Shown: positions 55,442-64,000 of the stretch, piece by piece | How positions within the stretch are numbered: the stretch's first letter is position 1 | Layout: the number at the start of each line of letters is the position of its first letter | DNA from: SAR202 cluster bacterium | GTDB lineage: Bacteria > Chloroflexota > Dehalococcoidia > Lucifugimonadales > GCA-2712585 | Reading direction: 5' to 3' | Assembly (NCBI GenBank): GCA_016872285.1 | Contig: VGZZ01000001.1 | Location: 34,236 to 98,235, forward strand | Length of the DNA: 64,000 nt | Position numbers and translations under genes: made by a program | The notes under the pieces: generated by a model | Seen by the model: the letters and a program-made list of their open reading frames with translations, nothing else | What the model was told of the DNA's origin: nothing | Databases searched by the model: none

Positions 55442-56602
55442 CTACTGGCCCCTCTTCTGACGGGCGGTCTGGTTCAACTGCTTGGCAGCCCAGGAGTATA
55501 TTTCACTGTTGTAGTTTACCTTGAGCCAACCGGCGGAGGTCCCCTCATCAAACTTGTTGGAGAGCCACGTCTCCAGCGCCACTCTTTGCAGCCTGTCCTT
55601 CCATTCGGACTCCACATTGCGCTTCTGGGGCCCCGCGGAAACTTTAACAAAGTAGTAGTATTGCCCCGCGAATATAGGTTCGCTCACCTGGTTTACCGCC
55701 AGAGCCTGCTGGCTGCTGCTTCCAAACAAGTGCGGGTCTAACTTAGGAAACGCTCCTCTTGGCACCCAGCCAACATACCCGGTGTCCTCGGCATGCTGGA
55801 AGGCGGCGGCAAACTCTCCCGCTACCTTCGTAAAGTCCTCTTTCTGCAAACGGCTCTTTATTCCGTTGATATCCTGGAACTTTGAAGGATCGCCCAGGGA
55901 CGGGTCTGGGCGTACAGGTATCTCCAGCCAGGACACCTCCACATGGTCTGCCTCAGTAGGTGCCTCGGCTCCTATAGCCTGGAGCATCTTCACAAAATAC
56001 AGCTGCTCTCCCACTATGCGTCTGTAATCCGAGTCCGAGGTTCGAAAGCGGTTTAAGAACGTCCTGTACCGCTCCTGGTACTCCCGTTCCAACTGGTCGG
56101 CGGTCGCCTGCTGCCCGGGTTCTACCTCCGGCCTAAAAACGGCCCTTATACCGTCGGTAACTTCTTGAGGCTCAACAGTCACGCTGTACTGAGACGCGAA
56201 CTGCCTGAGCAGCTCCATCTGCACCATGCCCAGGTTGAATGGGCCGGCGCTGACATCAATCTCGGGGTTATAAAGCACCCTGAGGATAGTGGACACGTCA
56301 ATGTTGGCGCTTTCGTACCCTTGGGCCGCTTGAATCATGCGCACCCTTTTTACCAGGTCGCCCTGCGTGAAAATGGTATCGTTCACCACCGCGGCCTGCA
56401 CGCGCGGCGGCGAATAAAATTTCGTGTACCATCCCCCAATAATTACGCCGGCCACTAAAAGGAGGACAATCAGTCCAAAGCCAATTATTAGGCGGCGCTG
56501 TTTCGGGTTCCAACCCTTCCTGGACTGGACAATACGCCTATCTGGTCTTCTGGGCCCCCTGCCGCTTCTGCGGGACTGTTCGGGCCTCTGGGGTGACGCC
56601 AT
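55442..56602 (-). CDS. membrane-anchored SurA/PpiC (parvulin)-like chaperone/isomerase
   Basis: Basic N-terminus plus one TM segment, with a degenerate parvulin-like C-terminus (GYVGWVPRG...EPIFAGQYYYFVKV). The assignment is tentative. Confidence 0.45.
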   Translation of the reverse strand: MASPQRPEQSRRSGRGPRRPDRRIVQSRKGWNPKQRRLIIGFGLIVLLLVAGVIIGGWYTKFYSPPRVQAAVVNDTIFTQGDLVKRVRMIQAAQGYESANIDVSTILRVLYNPEIDVSAGPFNLGMVQMELLRQFASQYSVTVEPQEVTDGIRAVFRPEVEPGQQATADQLEREYQERYRTFLNRFRTSDSDYRRIVGEQLYFVKMLQAIGAEAPTEADHVEVSWLEIPVRPDPSLGDPSKFQDINGIKSRLQKEDFTKVAGEFAAAFQHAEDTGYVGWVPRGAFPKLDPHLFGSSSQQALAVNQVSEPIFAGQYYYFVKVSAGPQKRNVESEWKDRLQRVALETWLSNKFDEGTSAGWLKVNYNSEIYSWAAKQLNQTARQKRGQ

Positions 56603-56672
56603 GTGAAACCTCTACCTGCAAGGGGCCATGATTTTGCTTGAGCCGGGACATTTTGAAAGCCCCCTACAGTCT

Positions 56673-56993
56673 CTATACGCCTGCGGCACGCCGATGGTTG
56701 ACGCTAAAAGGCAGCAACGCAACAGTTCGCGCGCGCTTTATCGCTTTCGACAGCGCCCTTTGATGCCTTGCGCAGGTTCCCGACCGCCGTCGAGGGTCTA
56801 TCTTCGCTCGGTCGGATACATATCTCCGCAGACGCTGCACATCCTTGTAATCTATATCGCTGACCTTCTCTACACAGAAAGCGCACACCTTACGGCGCGG
56901 CACAAACCTGCGTCGGGGTCGATCTCCTCTTCCCGCATCTCTTCTGCCAGGGGCGCCGCCGTATTGGCCGCCGCCGGAGGACGTGGTGGTCAT
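56673..56993 (-). CDS. rpsR: 30S ribosomal protein S18
   Basis: CAFC...[43 protein letters not shown]. Confidence 0.9.
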   Translation of the reverse strand: MTTTSSGGGQYGGAPGRRDAGRGDRPRRRFVPRRKVCAFCVEKVSDIDYKDVQRLRRYVSDRAKIDPRRRSGTCARHQRALSKAIKRARTVALLPFSVNHRRAAGV

Positions 56994-57029
56994 GGAACTA
57001 AGGGTCTCCTTAATCTATGGAAATAATTC

Positions 57030-57428
57030 TTAGAACGGCACTTCGTCGGCGTCTTGAGGTTCGCCGCTTGGCTGCCCGCCCTCTTCCGCCGCGGAAGCCT
57101 GGTCCAAAAAGAGGACCGAGTTCGCTACTATCTCATTCACAAATCGAGGCTGGCCGTCCTGCCCCTCCCATCGCCGGCTCCTAAAACGCCCCTCGATATA
57201 CGCGCGCCGTCCTTTGGACAGAAACTGGTTGCACTGCTCGGCTAGGCGTTCCCATGCCACTATAGTGAACCACTCCGTCTCGTCCCGTTTAGACCCGTCG
57301 TCATTCCTGAACGAACGCGTGCACGCCAATCGAAAGGTTGTTACCGGCTTGCCGCTGGGCGTGTAGCGCATCTCCGGGTCAGTGCCCAGATTGCCTATAA
57401 CCATTATCTTATTCAGTCCGGGCGCCAT
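57030..57428 (-). CDS. ssb: single-stranded DNA-binding protein
   Basis: LNKIMVIGNLGTDPEMRYTPSG...TEWF.IVAWERLAE OB fold with an acidic tail ending DEVPF. Confidence 0.9.
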   Translation of the reverse strand: MAPGLNKIMVIGNLGTDPEMRYTPSGKPVTTFRLACTRSFRNDDGSKRDETEWFTIVAWERLAEQCNQFLSKGRRAYIEGRFRSRRWEGQDGQPRFVNEIVANSVLFLDQASAAEEGGQPSGEPQDADEVPF

Positions 57429-57430
57429 AA

Positions 57431-57883
57431 TTAGCTCGGCTGCTTGGCCTCTTCAGGCTCTTTCACTTCAGCCCCGGCGGGAGCGGGCGCTGCGGCGGCG
57501 GGAGCTTCCGCGGCCGCGGGAGCCGCCTCCGCCTTTACGGGCTGCGGCTTGGGCGGCTCTATCTTTACCAGCAAATGCCGCAATACCTGCTCTGAAATCC
57601 GTAGTTGCCCTTCCACTTCCTTTATCGCCGACCGCTCCATCTTAAACTTGGTGAGATAATAGCTGCCTTCCAGATATGTGTGGCCGGTCTTTCGAATGGG
57701 GTAAGCCAGCCGCCTGGTACCCCAGTCCTCTTCATTAAGGAACTCGGCCCCATTTCTGCCCATTAAGTCCTTAATGCGCTCCTTAGCGCTCCCGCTGTCC
57801 TCTTTGGTGAGGGCGGGATTCAATACCACCATAAGTTCGTAATTCTGCTTCATACCCCTGCTCTTGAAAGTTTCGCTTTGCAA
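57431..57883 (-). CDS. rpsF: 30S ribosomal protein S6 (with Ala/Pro-rich C-terminal extension)
   Basis: YELMVVLNP......WG.RRLAYPI are S6 motifs, in the canonical rpsF-ssb-rpsR order. Confidence 0.85.
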   Translation of the reverse strand: MQSETFKSRGMKQNYELMVVLNPALTKEDSGSAKERIKDLMGRNGAEFLNEEDWGTRRLAYPIRKTGHTYLEGSYYLTKFKMERSAIKEVEGQLRISEQVLRHLLVKIEPPKPQPVKAEAAPAAAEAPAAAAPAPAGAEVKEPEEAKQPS

Positions 57884-57923
57884 ACCCTACAGATTATAGC
57901 ACTCGACCTATTGCCGCTCAACC

Positions 57924-59171
57924 TTAGGAATCAATTCCGGGCATTGGGAAGGAAGAAGCCAGCTTTTCCGCATCCTGCTTCACCGCTTTTGTGGCAGCGT
58001 CGTTCTCTCCTGCCTTCAGCGCCCTCACGATAAGTTCCCCCACCTTGGCCATCTCCTGAGGGCCAAAGCCCCGGCTGGTGACCGCCGCAGACCCCAATCT
58101 CAACCCGCTGGCTACTCTTGGCGGTTCAGGATCGTACGGAATCGCGTTCTTATTGGCGACTATGGATGCCTTCTCAAGTAGCTGCTCTGCCTGATTTCCC
58201 TTGATCCCCATATGCCGCAAGTCCACCAGTATCAGATGATTGTCCGTCCCGCCGGACACTATCCGAAGTCCCCCGGCGGACAGCGCCGACGCCAGCGCCC
58301 GCGCGTTCTCCACCACCGACTTCGCGTACTTCCCAAAGGCAGGCTTTTGCGCCTCGCCGAAACATACAGCTTTAGCGGCTATCACGTGCATGAACGGCCC
58401 GCCCTGGGTGTACGGGAACACCGCCCGGTCAACCTTTTTAGACAGCTCCTCCGTAGTCAATATCAACCCGCCCCTAGGCCCTCTTAGCGTCTTCTGTGTC
58501 GTTGACGTCACTACATGCGCGTGGGGCAGCGGCGACGGGTGCGCCCCGCCCGCTATCAGCCCCGCGATGTGCGCCATGTCTACCATCAGCGTAGCCTCGA
58601 CGCCGTCCGCAATTTTACGAAATCTCTCGAAATCAATCTTCCTGGGGTAGGCCGTATATCCCGCGACGATTATCTTGGGCCTTCGCTCATTGGCAAGCTT
58701 TTCCACTTCGTCAAAGTCAATGGTCTCCGTCTCCCGGTCCACCCCGTAGCCGACAAAGTTGTACAGCTTACCGGAAAAGTTCACTGGACTCCCGTGCGTA
58801 AGATGGCCCCCCTGGTCCAGCCTCATCCCCATCACCGTATCCCCCGGCTGGATCAGTGAGAAGTACGCCGCCATGTTGGCCTGCGCGCCGCTATGCGGTT
58901 GCACATTGGCATGCTGCGCTCCGAAAAGCGCCTTGGCTCTATCTATCGCCAGCTGCTCCACCACGTCCACATTCTCGCAGCCCCCATAATAACGGCGCCC
59001 GGGATACCCCTCGGCGTACTTGTTATTCATCACCGTAGCCTGAGCTTCCAGCACAGCCCTGCTGGCATAGTTCTCGGAAGCTATCAGCACTATATTATTG
59101 CGCTGCCGCTGGTTCTCTTTTTCTATTGCCTGCGATACCTGCGGGTCCGCAGCCGAAAGTACGCTCATCAA
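57924..59171 (-). CDS. glyA: serine hydroxymethyltransferase
   Basis: [23 protein letters not shown] and [14 protein letters not shown], which contains the PLP lysine. Confidence 0.97.
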   Translation of the reverse strand: MMSVLSAADPQVSQAIEKENQRQRNNIVLIASENYASRAVLEAQATVMNNKYAEGYPGRRYYGGCENVDVVEQLAIDRAKALFGAQHANVQPHSGAQANMAAYFSLIQPGDTVMGMRLDQGGHLTHGSPVNFSGKLYNFVGYGVDRETETIDFDEVEKLANERRPKIIVAGYTAYPRKIDFERFRKIADGVEATLMVDMAHIAGLIAGGAHPSPLPHAHVVTSTTQKTLRGPRGGLILTTEELSKKVDRAVFPYTQGGPFMHVIAAKAVCFGEAQKPAFGKYAKSVVENARALASALSAGGLRIVSGGTDNHLILVDLRHMGIKGNQAEQLLEKASIVANKNAIPYDPEPPRVASGLRLGSAAVTSRGFGPQEMAKVGELIVRALKAGENDAATKAVKQDAEKLASSFPMPGIDS

Positions 59172-59332
59172 TCCTCCGAATGTGGGCTTCTCTGCTGTAA
59201 TTAATGAATCGAAGAGAAACGAAATCCTTGAAAAATCTCGATTCGGTGCAGACTAGAATACGGCCAGTCTCTTTTGCCTGTCAACGACAACTCCATGTAA
59301 AGCGTCCATTTCCACCAGTTTTTCCATTATCG

Positions 59333-59361
59333 TTGACACCAGAACGCTGTCGCCACATTAT
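59333..59361 (+). promoter_or_regulatory. candidate promoter giving a leaderless or near-leaderless nfeD transcript
   Basis: TTGACA (59333..59338), a 17-nt spacer, then CATTAT (59356..59361). Tandem ATGs at 59365/59368 follow directly with no Shine-Dalgarno sequence. Confidence 0.3.
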
Positions 59362-59364
59362 AAG

Positions 59365-60756
59365 ATGATGAAATTGCGTACGCGCGGTTTGCCAGTGCGA
59401 GCTAAAAGCCCCTTCAGCAAGCCTCTGCGATTTGCCCTCCTGGCCCTCTGCCTCATCTCCTTCGCCTTGGGCCTCACAGGCCTCGCCGCCGCCCAGGGTC
59501 AAACCGTGTACGTCGCCGAAGTCGACGGCATGATCAACTCTGTCACCCAGCGCTACATCCAGCGCGCCATCGACAAGGGCGAAGAAGACAATGCGGAAGT
59601 CGTCATCGTCGCGCTGGACACGCCTGGCGGCCTCCTATCCTCCACCCGCAAAATCGTGGAGGCCCTTCTGGAGGCGGAAGTCCCCACTGTCGTCTATGTT
59701 TCTCCCAGCGGCGCCCACGCCGCCTCGGCCGGCACCTTTATAACAGCGGCTGCCCACTTCGCCGTCATGGCCCCCGGCACCAACATCGGTGCCGCCACCC
59801 CTGTCGGAGGCGGCGGCGAAGACCTCCCCGACACTCTGGCCGACAAAGCCACCAACGACGCCGCCGCCCTCATGCGTTCCATCGCCGCCGAACGAGGCCG
59901 CAACGCCGAAAAGCTGGAAGCCACCGTTCTTGAGGCGACATCCTATTCTGCCAACGAGGCCCTTGACCTGAATATAATCAACTTCACTGCCTCCAGCCTT
60001 GAGGACCTGCTTTCACAGCTCCACGGGCGGCAAGTAACTCTAAGTCAGGGCATTATTACCCTGGACACCCAGGACGCGGATGTTAAAGACCTGAACATGG
60101 GCCTGATAAACCGCTTCCTCTTCATCCTCGCCGACCCAAACATCGCCTTCCTCCTTTTGTCCTTGGGCGGCCTGGGTCTCGTCATCGAGATCATTAACCC
60201 AGGCCTTATATTTCCCGGCGTCCTCGGCGCTATCCTCATCGCCTTGGCCTTCGTCAGCCTCGGCAACCTGCCGGTCAACTGGGCGGGCGTGGCCCTGATT
60301 CTCCTGGCCGCCGCCCTGTTCGTTACCGAATTCTACGTCTCAGGCTTCGGACTGCTCGGGGTAGGCGCCATCGTAAGTTTTATCATCGGTTCCCTCTTGC
60401 TCTTTGCGCATTTCGGCGCGCCATCACCCACCGCTCCTTCCATTGAAGTAAGCCTTTGGCTCCTAGTGCCCATAGCCGCTCTGTTAACCCTTATCGGCGC
60501 TTTCTTCATCTGGACCATCGCCAAAACTCGAAAGGTCACCTCCACCCTGGGCCTTTCCCCTTTGATTGGCGCCGAAGCCGTGGTACTCTCTGACTTGAAT
60601 CCCCGCGGCACCATTCGATTGAAAACGGAAACCTGGACAGCCGAGACTCCCTCCGGGGCCGTTGTCAAAGCCGGCGAAAAAGTCAGGGTTGTCGGAATGG
60701 ACGGCCCTATTCTTACCGTCGAACCCTTGCCATCCCCAACCAGGTTAAACCAATAA
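59365..60756 (+). CDS. NfeD-family membrane-bound ClpP-class serine protease
   Basis: Signal peptide, a ClpP-like domain (DTPGGL...SAG), four TM segments, and a C-terminal NfeD OB domain (G.V.V). Confidence 0.8.
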   Translation: MMKLRTRGLPVRAKSPFSKPLRFALLALCLISFALGLTGLAAAQGQTVYVAEVDGMINSVTQRYIQRAIDKGEEDNAEVVIVALDTPGGLLSSTRKIVEALLEAEVPTVVYVSPSGAHAASAGTFITAAAHFAVMAPGTNIGAATPVGGGGEDLPDTLADKATNDAAALMRSIAAERGRNAEKLEATVLEATSYSANEALDLNIINFTASSLEDLLSQLHGRQVTLSQGIITLDTQDADVKDLNMGLINRFLFILADPNIAFLLLSLGGLGLVIEIINPGLIFPGVLGAILIALAFVSLGNLPVNWAGVALILLAAALFVTEFYVSGFGLLGVGAIVSFIIGSLLLFAHFGAPSPTAPSIEVSLWLLVPIAALLTLIGAFFIWTIAKTRKVTSTLGLSPLIGAEAVVLSDLNPRGTIRLKTETWTAETPSGAVVKAGEKVRVVGMDGPILTVEPLPSPTRLNQ

Positions 60757-60774
60757 CCCCTTAAGGAGGAAATC

Positions 60775-61641
60775 ATGCCTCTAGGCTTTACCGTCGTAAG
60801 ACAATACGAACGAATGGTGGTACTGCGCTGGGGTCATCTAAATCGAGTTGTGAGCGCGGGATTCCGCATCGTCATCCCTATTATGGAAGACGCCCGCAAG
60901 GTGGACCTCCGGGAGCGCGTTCAAAAAGTCCCCACCCAGAAGTACATCACCGCCGACAACGTGGTGGTGGACATGGACTTCGTCATCTACTACCGCATCA
61001 TCGAAGAGCAGGCCGAGCAGGCTGTACTCAACGTCCAGAACTTTGAGCAGGCCGTGGTCAATCTCGCCGTGGCTACCCTGAGGGCCGTCATTGGCAACAC
61101 CTCCCTCGCCAACGCCCTGGCGGAACGCGAGCGTATTCGCGACGCCCTCCAGCTGCGACTGGACGAAGTCACCGGGCGATGGGCCGTTAAGGTCAGCCAG
61201 GTGGAGATCAACGAAATCGACCCGCCGCCCGGCGTCAAGGCCGCTATGGAGCGTCAGAAGTCCGCTGACGCCATCAAGACCGCCGAAATTACCGAGTCTG
61301 AAGGCCATCGCCAGGCCCAGATAAATCGCGCCGAGGGCGAGAAGCAGGCCGCCATCCTTCAGGCCGAGGGCAAACGCCAGTCCGAAATCCTTCAGGCGGA
61401 AGGCGACCAGCAGGCCGCCGTCCTCCGCGCCGAAGGCTTCAGCACCGCCCTGGACAAAATCTTCCAGGTAGCCAGCGGTATAGACTCCAAGACCCTCAGC
61501 CTTCAATATTTCGAGGTCTTAAAGCAGTTGGGCAGCAGCCCCGCCACTAAATTCATCTTTCCCATGGAGTTCACCTCCATGCTCCGCCCCTTCCTGAACC
61601 TGGGCGGCAACGGTGGCCAGGGACAAGAGGTCAAGGAATAA
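60775..61641 (+). CDS. SPFH/band-7 (stomatin/prohibitin-like) protein
   Basis: VRQYERMVVLRWG..., with a Glu/Ala/Gln coiled-coil repeat (AEGEKQAAILQAEG). It is the classical partner of nfeD. Confidence 0.9.
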   Translation: MPLGFTVVRQYERMVVLRWGHLNRVVSAGFRIVIPIMEDARKVDLRERVQKVPTQKYITADNVVVDMDFVIYYRIIEEQAEQAVLNVQNFEQAVVNLAVATLRAVIGNTSLANALAERERIRDALQLRLDEVTGRWAVKVSQVEINEIDPPPGVKAAMERQKSADAIKTAEITESEGHRQAQINRAEGEKQAAILQAEGKRQSEILQAEGDQQAAVLRAEGFSTALDKIFQVASGIDSKTLSLQYFEVLKQLGSSPATKFIFPMEFTSMLRPFLNLGGNGGQGQEVKE

Positions 61642-61736
61642 AAACCATTTCCCGTATGAACGTCTCCTCTTTCCTAGTCATGCGTTAAGTCAGGTCTCGC
61701 GACAGGCAGGGGCTTTGTAGCATCTTTTCTGGTTCT

Positions 61737-61758
61737 TCCCCTTCGGCCTGGAAGGGGA
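61737..61758. terminator. hairpin between convergent SPFH and hpf genes (also a member of a dispersed TTCCCC..GGGGAA hairpin family)
   Basis: 8-bp stem tccccttc / gaagggga with a 6-nt loop. The flank ataaaggagatgg resembles the element inserted in mutS (gattaagatgg). Confidence 0.4.
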
Positions 61759-61845
61759 TAAAGGAGATGGTATCTCGATTAAGGATAACAATCGCTACAC
61801 ACTGAAGCGTATCGCTTGAGTCAAAGCGATCTCCCAATCACCCGC

Positions 61846-62414
61846 TTATAACGGCGGCTCCGGCTGAATCAACCCGTAAGCCCCGTCCTTCCTCACATAC
61901 ACCACGTTATAAATCTGGCTCTCGCTGTTATAAAAAAGAAAGAAGGAGTGCCCCAATAACTCCATCTGAAAGATCGCCTCATCTACCGTCATCGGCTTTA
62001 CGGAAAACGCCTTGTACTTCACCACAACTCCATCGATAGGCTCCCCCGCCTCCTCCAGTCCTTCGGCAGCGGCGGCGCGCGCCCTCCCCCGTCGGACCCT
62101 TCGTTTAGCCTGCTCCGTCCTGTAATTCTTCCCCTTATACTTATCGATCCGGCGGTCCATCACATCTACTGACGCGTCCATTGCCGCCCTTGCATTGGCG
62201 CCCCGCTCTTCTGACCTGAGAATGACGCCGTTCACATCCAGCGTTATCTCCGCCAGCAGCCGCTGCCCCTGCGCCCTGACCCCCTCCTTCACCAGTTCTA
62301 CCGACGCCCTCGCCGACGACGGCAGGTGCCGGGCCAGGCGGTCCATTTTTTATCGATGTAGTCCCGTATTTGCGGCGTAAGCTCCAGACCCCTGACTTGA
62401 ATATCAACCTTCAC
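61846..62414 (-). CDS. hpf: ribosome hibernation promoting factor (long form), reading frame broken at an A6 run (62346..62351)
   Basis: The track ORF 61846..62346 carries the HPF core and the C-terminal dimerisation domain (FYNSESQIYNVVYVRKDGAYGLI). The missing N-terminus VKVDIQVRGLELTPQIRDYIDKK is encoded from GTG 62414 (GGAG 6 nt upstream), in the frame one nucleotide offset. Confidence 0.75.
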
Positions 62415-62544
62415 GCCTAACTCCTGCAAGACCAAGGATGACGAGACAGGAAATAGCTGTATCTAGTTTTCACGACAGAGAGGATGTGGGGGGGGGCCCT
62501 CCTCTCCCAGTCTGCGGCCACAAAGTACGCTCAGTCAAGCCTGC

Positions 62545-63228
62545 CTAGGCGTAGGTCAGTCGGCCGTTCCTCGACGCCTTTTGCAGCCTCGGGACGGCTA
62601 TCGCTCCCTCCTCCTCGTTTCCAAGGCTGTCCGTCTCCCTCCTGAGAAAGAGGTTCGCTGTGTATGCCGTCAGGATAGCGTCGCACTTGTCATGGTTTAA
62701 GCCCTTGGAGTACTCCTCAGCGCCCTGGACTAACAAAGGCAAGTTAGTCCTCAAGTACCCCAGGGCCTCCGGCTTGTTTTTCGATGGCATCTGGTCCCCG
62801 AAGACCATTACCTTTGTTGCATAAGGATATACCTCAATGACCCTATAGCCCCGCTCGACCAGTAGCTTGCGAAACTTTATGCCCCTATATATTAGAGGTT
62901 TGATTATCGACCTCTTGTTGGTGAAGAAACACCCTATCCCCATCTGCGCCAGCTCTACCTCCCCCGCTCGCCCTTTCCGCCCGTTGGAAGGCTTGCATGG
63001 GCAGCTCTCTTCCAAACAGTGAAGGCCCGACGGCAGACCCAGCGGGACGTCCACCGCCACCACCTCCGGCCTCCTTTCCTCCAGCATCTCCAGCACCTCC
63101 TCCGCTTCCTTGAACAAAGATAGCCTGGTGAGTGTGCCGGAACAGTCCATGCCCACGAAAATACTCGTGCGCTTTGGGGATGAGCTCAAATCAATTCCTA
63201 CGCTGTACATCTTCTGAACTCCAAACAA
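62545..63228 (-). CDS. DUF429-like (RNase H-fold) hypothetical protein
   Basis: YSVGIDLS near the N-terminus and HDKCDAILTAYTA near the C-terminus resemble DUF429. The assignment is tentative, and the start may be the second Met (63210). Confidence 0.4.
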   Translation of the reverse strand: MFGVQKMYSVGIDLSSSPKRTSIFVGMDCSGTLTRLSLFKEAEEVLEMLEERRPEVVAVDVPLGLPSGLHCLEESCPCKPSNGRKGRAGEVELAQMGIGCFFTNKRSIIKPLIYRGIKFRKLLVERGYRVIEVYPYATKVMVFGDQMPSKNKPEALGYLRTNLPLLVQGAEEYSKGLNHDKCDAILTAYTANLFLRRETDSLGNEEEGAIAVPRLQKASRNGRLTYA

Positions 63229-63291
63229 AAAATTAGGTTGCCGATTGACATAGGCGCAGACCAGGATGAAGCCTCAAACCGTCCGGACTCG

Positions 63292-64000
63292 CTAGGCCGC
63301 CGTTGCCTTTCCGCCTAAAAGAGAAGCGTCTTCCACACAACGCCGAGCCGCGGAATATGGTTCCAAATCACCGCTCTCCACACGTCCCAGCAAGTCCTTC
63401 AACTTCGAACTCATCTCTATTTGCCGCTCAATTCGCTTGTATAGTTCTTCTCTCAGCACCTCCGTAAACTCTCTCGTGCGCCGCTGCCGCCTCCGCTCCT
63501 CCAGCCTAGACGTGCTTATAAGAAAATCTCTGTGTTCCTCCAGCTTGCCCAGCAGCCTGTCCATCCCCTCGCCCGTATGCGCATGGGTCAACAGCACCGG
63601 CGGCGACCAATCCGTATCCGTGGACGCGGTGGATATCCCTCCCTTAACAGCGGCGGCCATCTGCTCGGCGCCCTGGCGGTCAGCCTTGTTCACCACGAAT
63701 ATATCGGCCGCCTCCATCAGTCCCGCCTTCAGCGCCTGGATCGAATCCCCCGCCTCAGGCACCAGGGTCACCACTACCGTATCGGCCACGCTCATAATAT
63801 CCAGTTCCGTCTGTCCTACACCTACCGTCTCCACCAGAACCACATCCTTTCCGGAAGCGTCCAGCAGCCGCGCCGCAGCCTTAATTATCCTGGGCAGCCC
63901 GCCGTGGCTGCCTCGAGTAGCCATGCTGCGGATAAACACCCCGGGGTCCAGGTAGTGGCCCTCCATCCGTATCCGGTCACCCAGCAGCGCTCCGCCGCTA
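63292..64000 (-). CDS. meaB: MeaB/ArgK-type G3E GTPase (methylmalonyl-CoA mutase accessory), C-terminal part; the gene runs off the right edge
   Basis: VLVETVGVGQ and VVNKADR are G3E motifs. The frame stays open upstream of the track Met (SGGALLGDRIRME = GGxxLGDxxRM motif) to position 64000. Confidence 0.8.
   Translation of the reverse strand, partial: SGGALLGDRIRMEGHYLDPGVFIRSMATRGSHGGLPRIIKAAARLLDASGKDVVLVETVGVGQTELDIMSVADTVVVTLVPEAGDSIQALKAGLMEAADIFVVNKADRQGAEQMAAAVKGGISTASTDTDWSPPVLLTHAHTGEGMDRLLGKLEEHRDFLISTSRLEERRRQRRTREFTEVLREELYKRIERQIEMSSKLKDLLGRVESGDLEPYSAARRCVEDASLLGGKATAA

Overview
High-GC bacterial chromosome segment with about 60 genes, most on the minus strand. The taxon is probably Chloroflexota-like, judged from a DUF2298 'YYY' protein next to a large GT-C membrane protein. 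I ran no searches, so every product call comes from motifs I recognise in the supplied translations.

The backbone is housekeeping:
- Repair and recombination: mutS, mfd, recO, recR, ssb.
- Translation and RNA: rpsF-ssb-rpsR, hpf, rnc, a CCA-adding family enzyme.
- Amino-acid and cofactor metabolism: proB/proA, hom-thrC, folE, glyA.
- Other: ftsY, accC plus a biotin carrier, a NuoE/F/G-like flavoprotein module, nfeD plus an SPFH protein, meaB.

Signals worth a second look:
1. At 39.9-46.4 kb, a two-gene module behind an AT-rich repeat-bearing promoter region. One gene encodes a ~1,337-aa secreted protein built from 17 tandem 72-aa Asn/Glu/Cys units with invariant core NENEAECENEN, split by a -1 frameshift after the signal-peptide exon. 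The other encodes a 708-aa acidic secreted or anchored protein carrying one Cys-less copy of the same unit. I cannot assign either to a named family. My hypothesis is a polyanionic beta-solenoid, curli-like fibre.
2. Two thiol-oxidoreductase genes (ArsC/Spx/YffB-like and DsbA-like) have an in-frame TGA exactly at the catalytic Cys position, each followed by a hairpin. They are predicted selenoproteins that the ORF track truncates.
3. A low-GC DNA methyltransferase fused to an Mrr-like nuclease domain sits between proB and proA.
4. An in-frame hairpin-repeat insertion lies inside mutS.
5. hpf is broken at an A6 run.
6. An FdhF-like subunit lacks the Sec/Cys-His dyad.
7. An MshA/MshB/MshD-like gene set is present.

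No rRNA, tRNA, cas genes or transposases were recognised.
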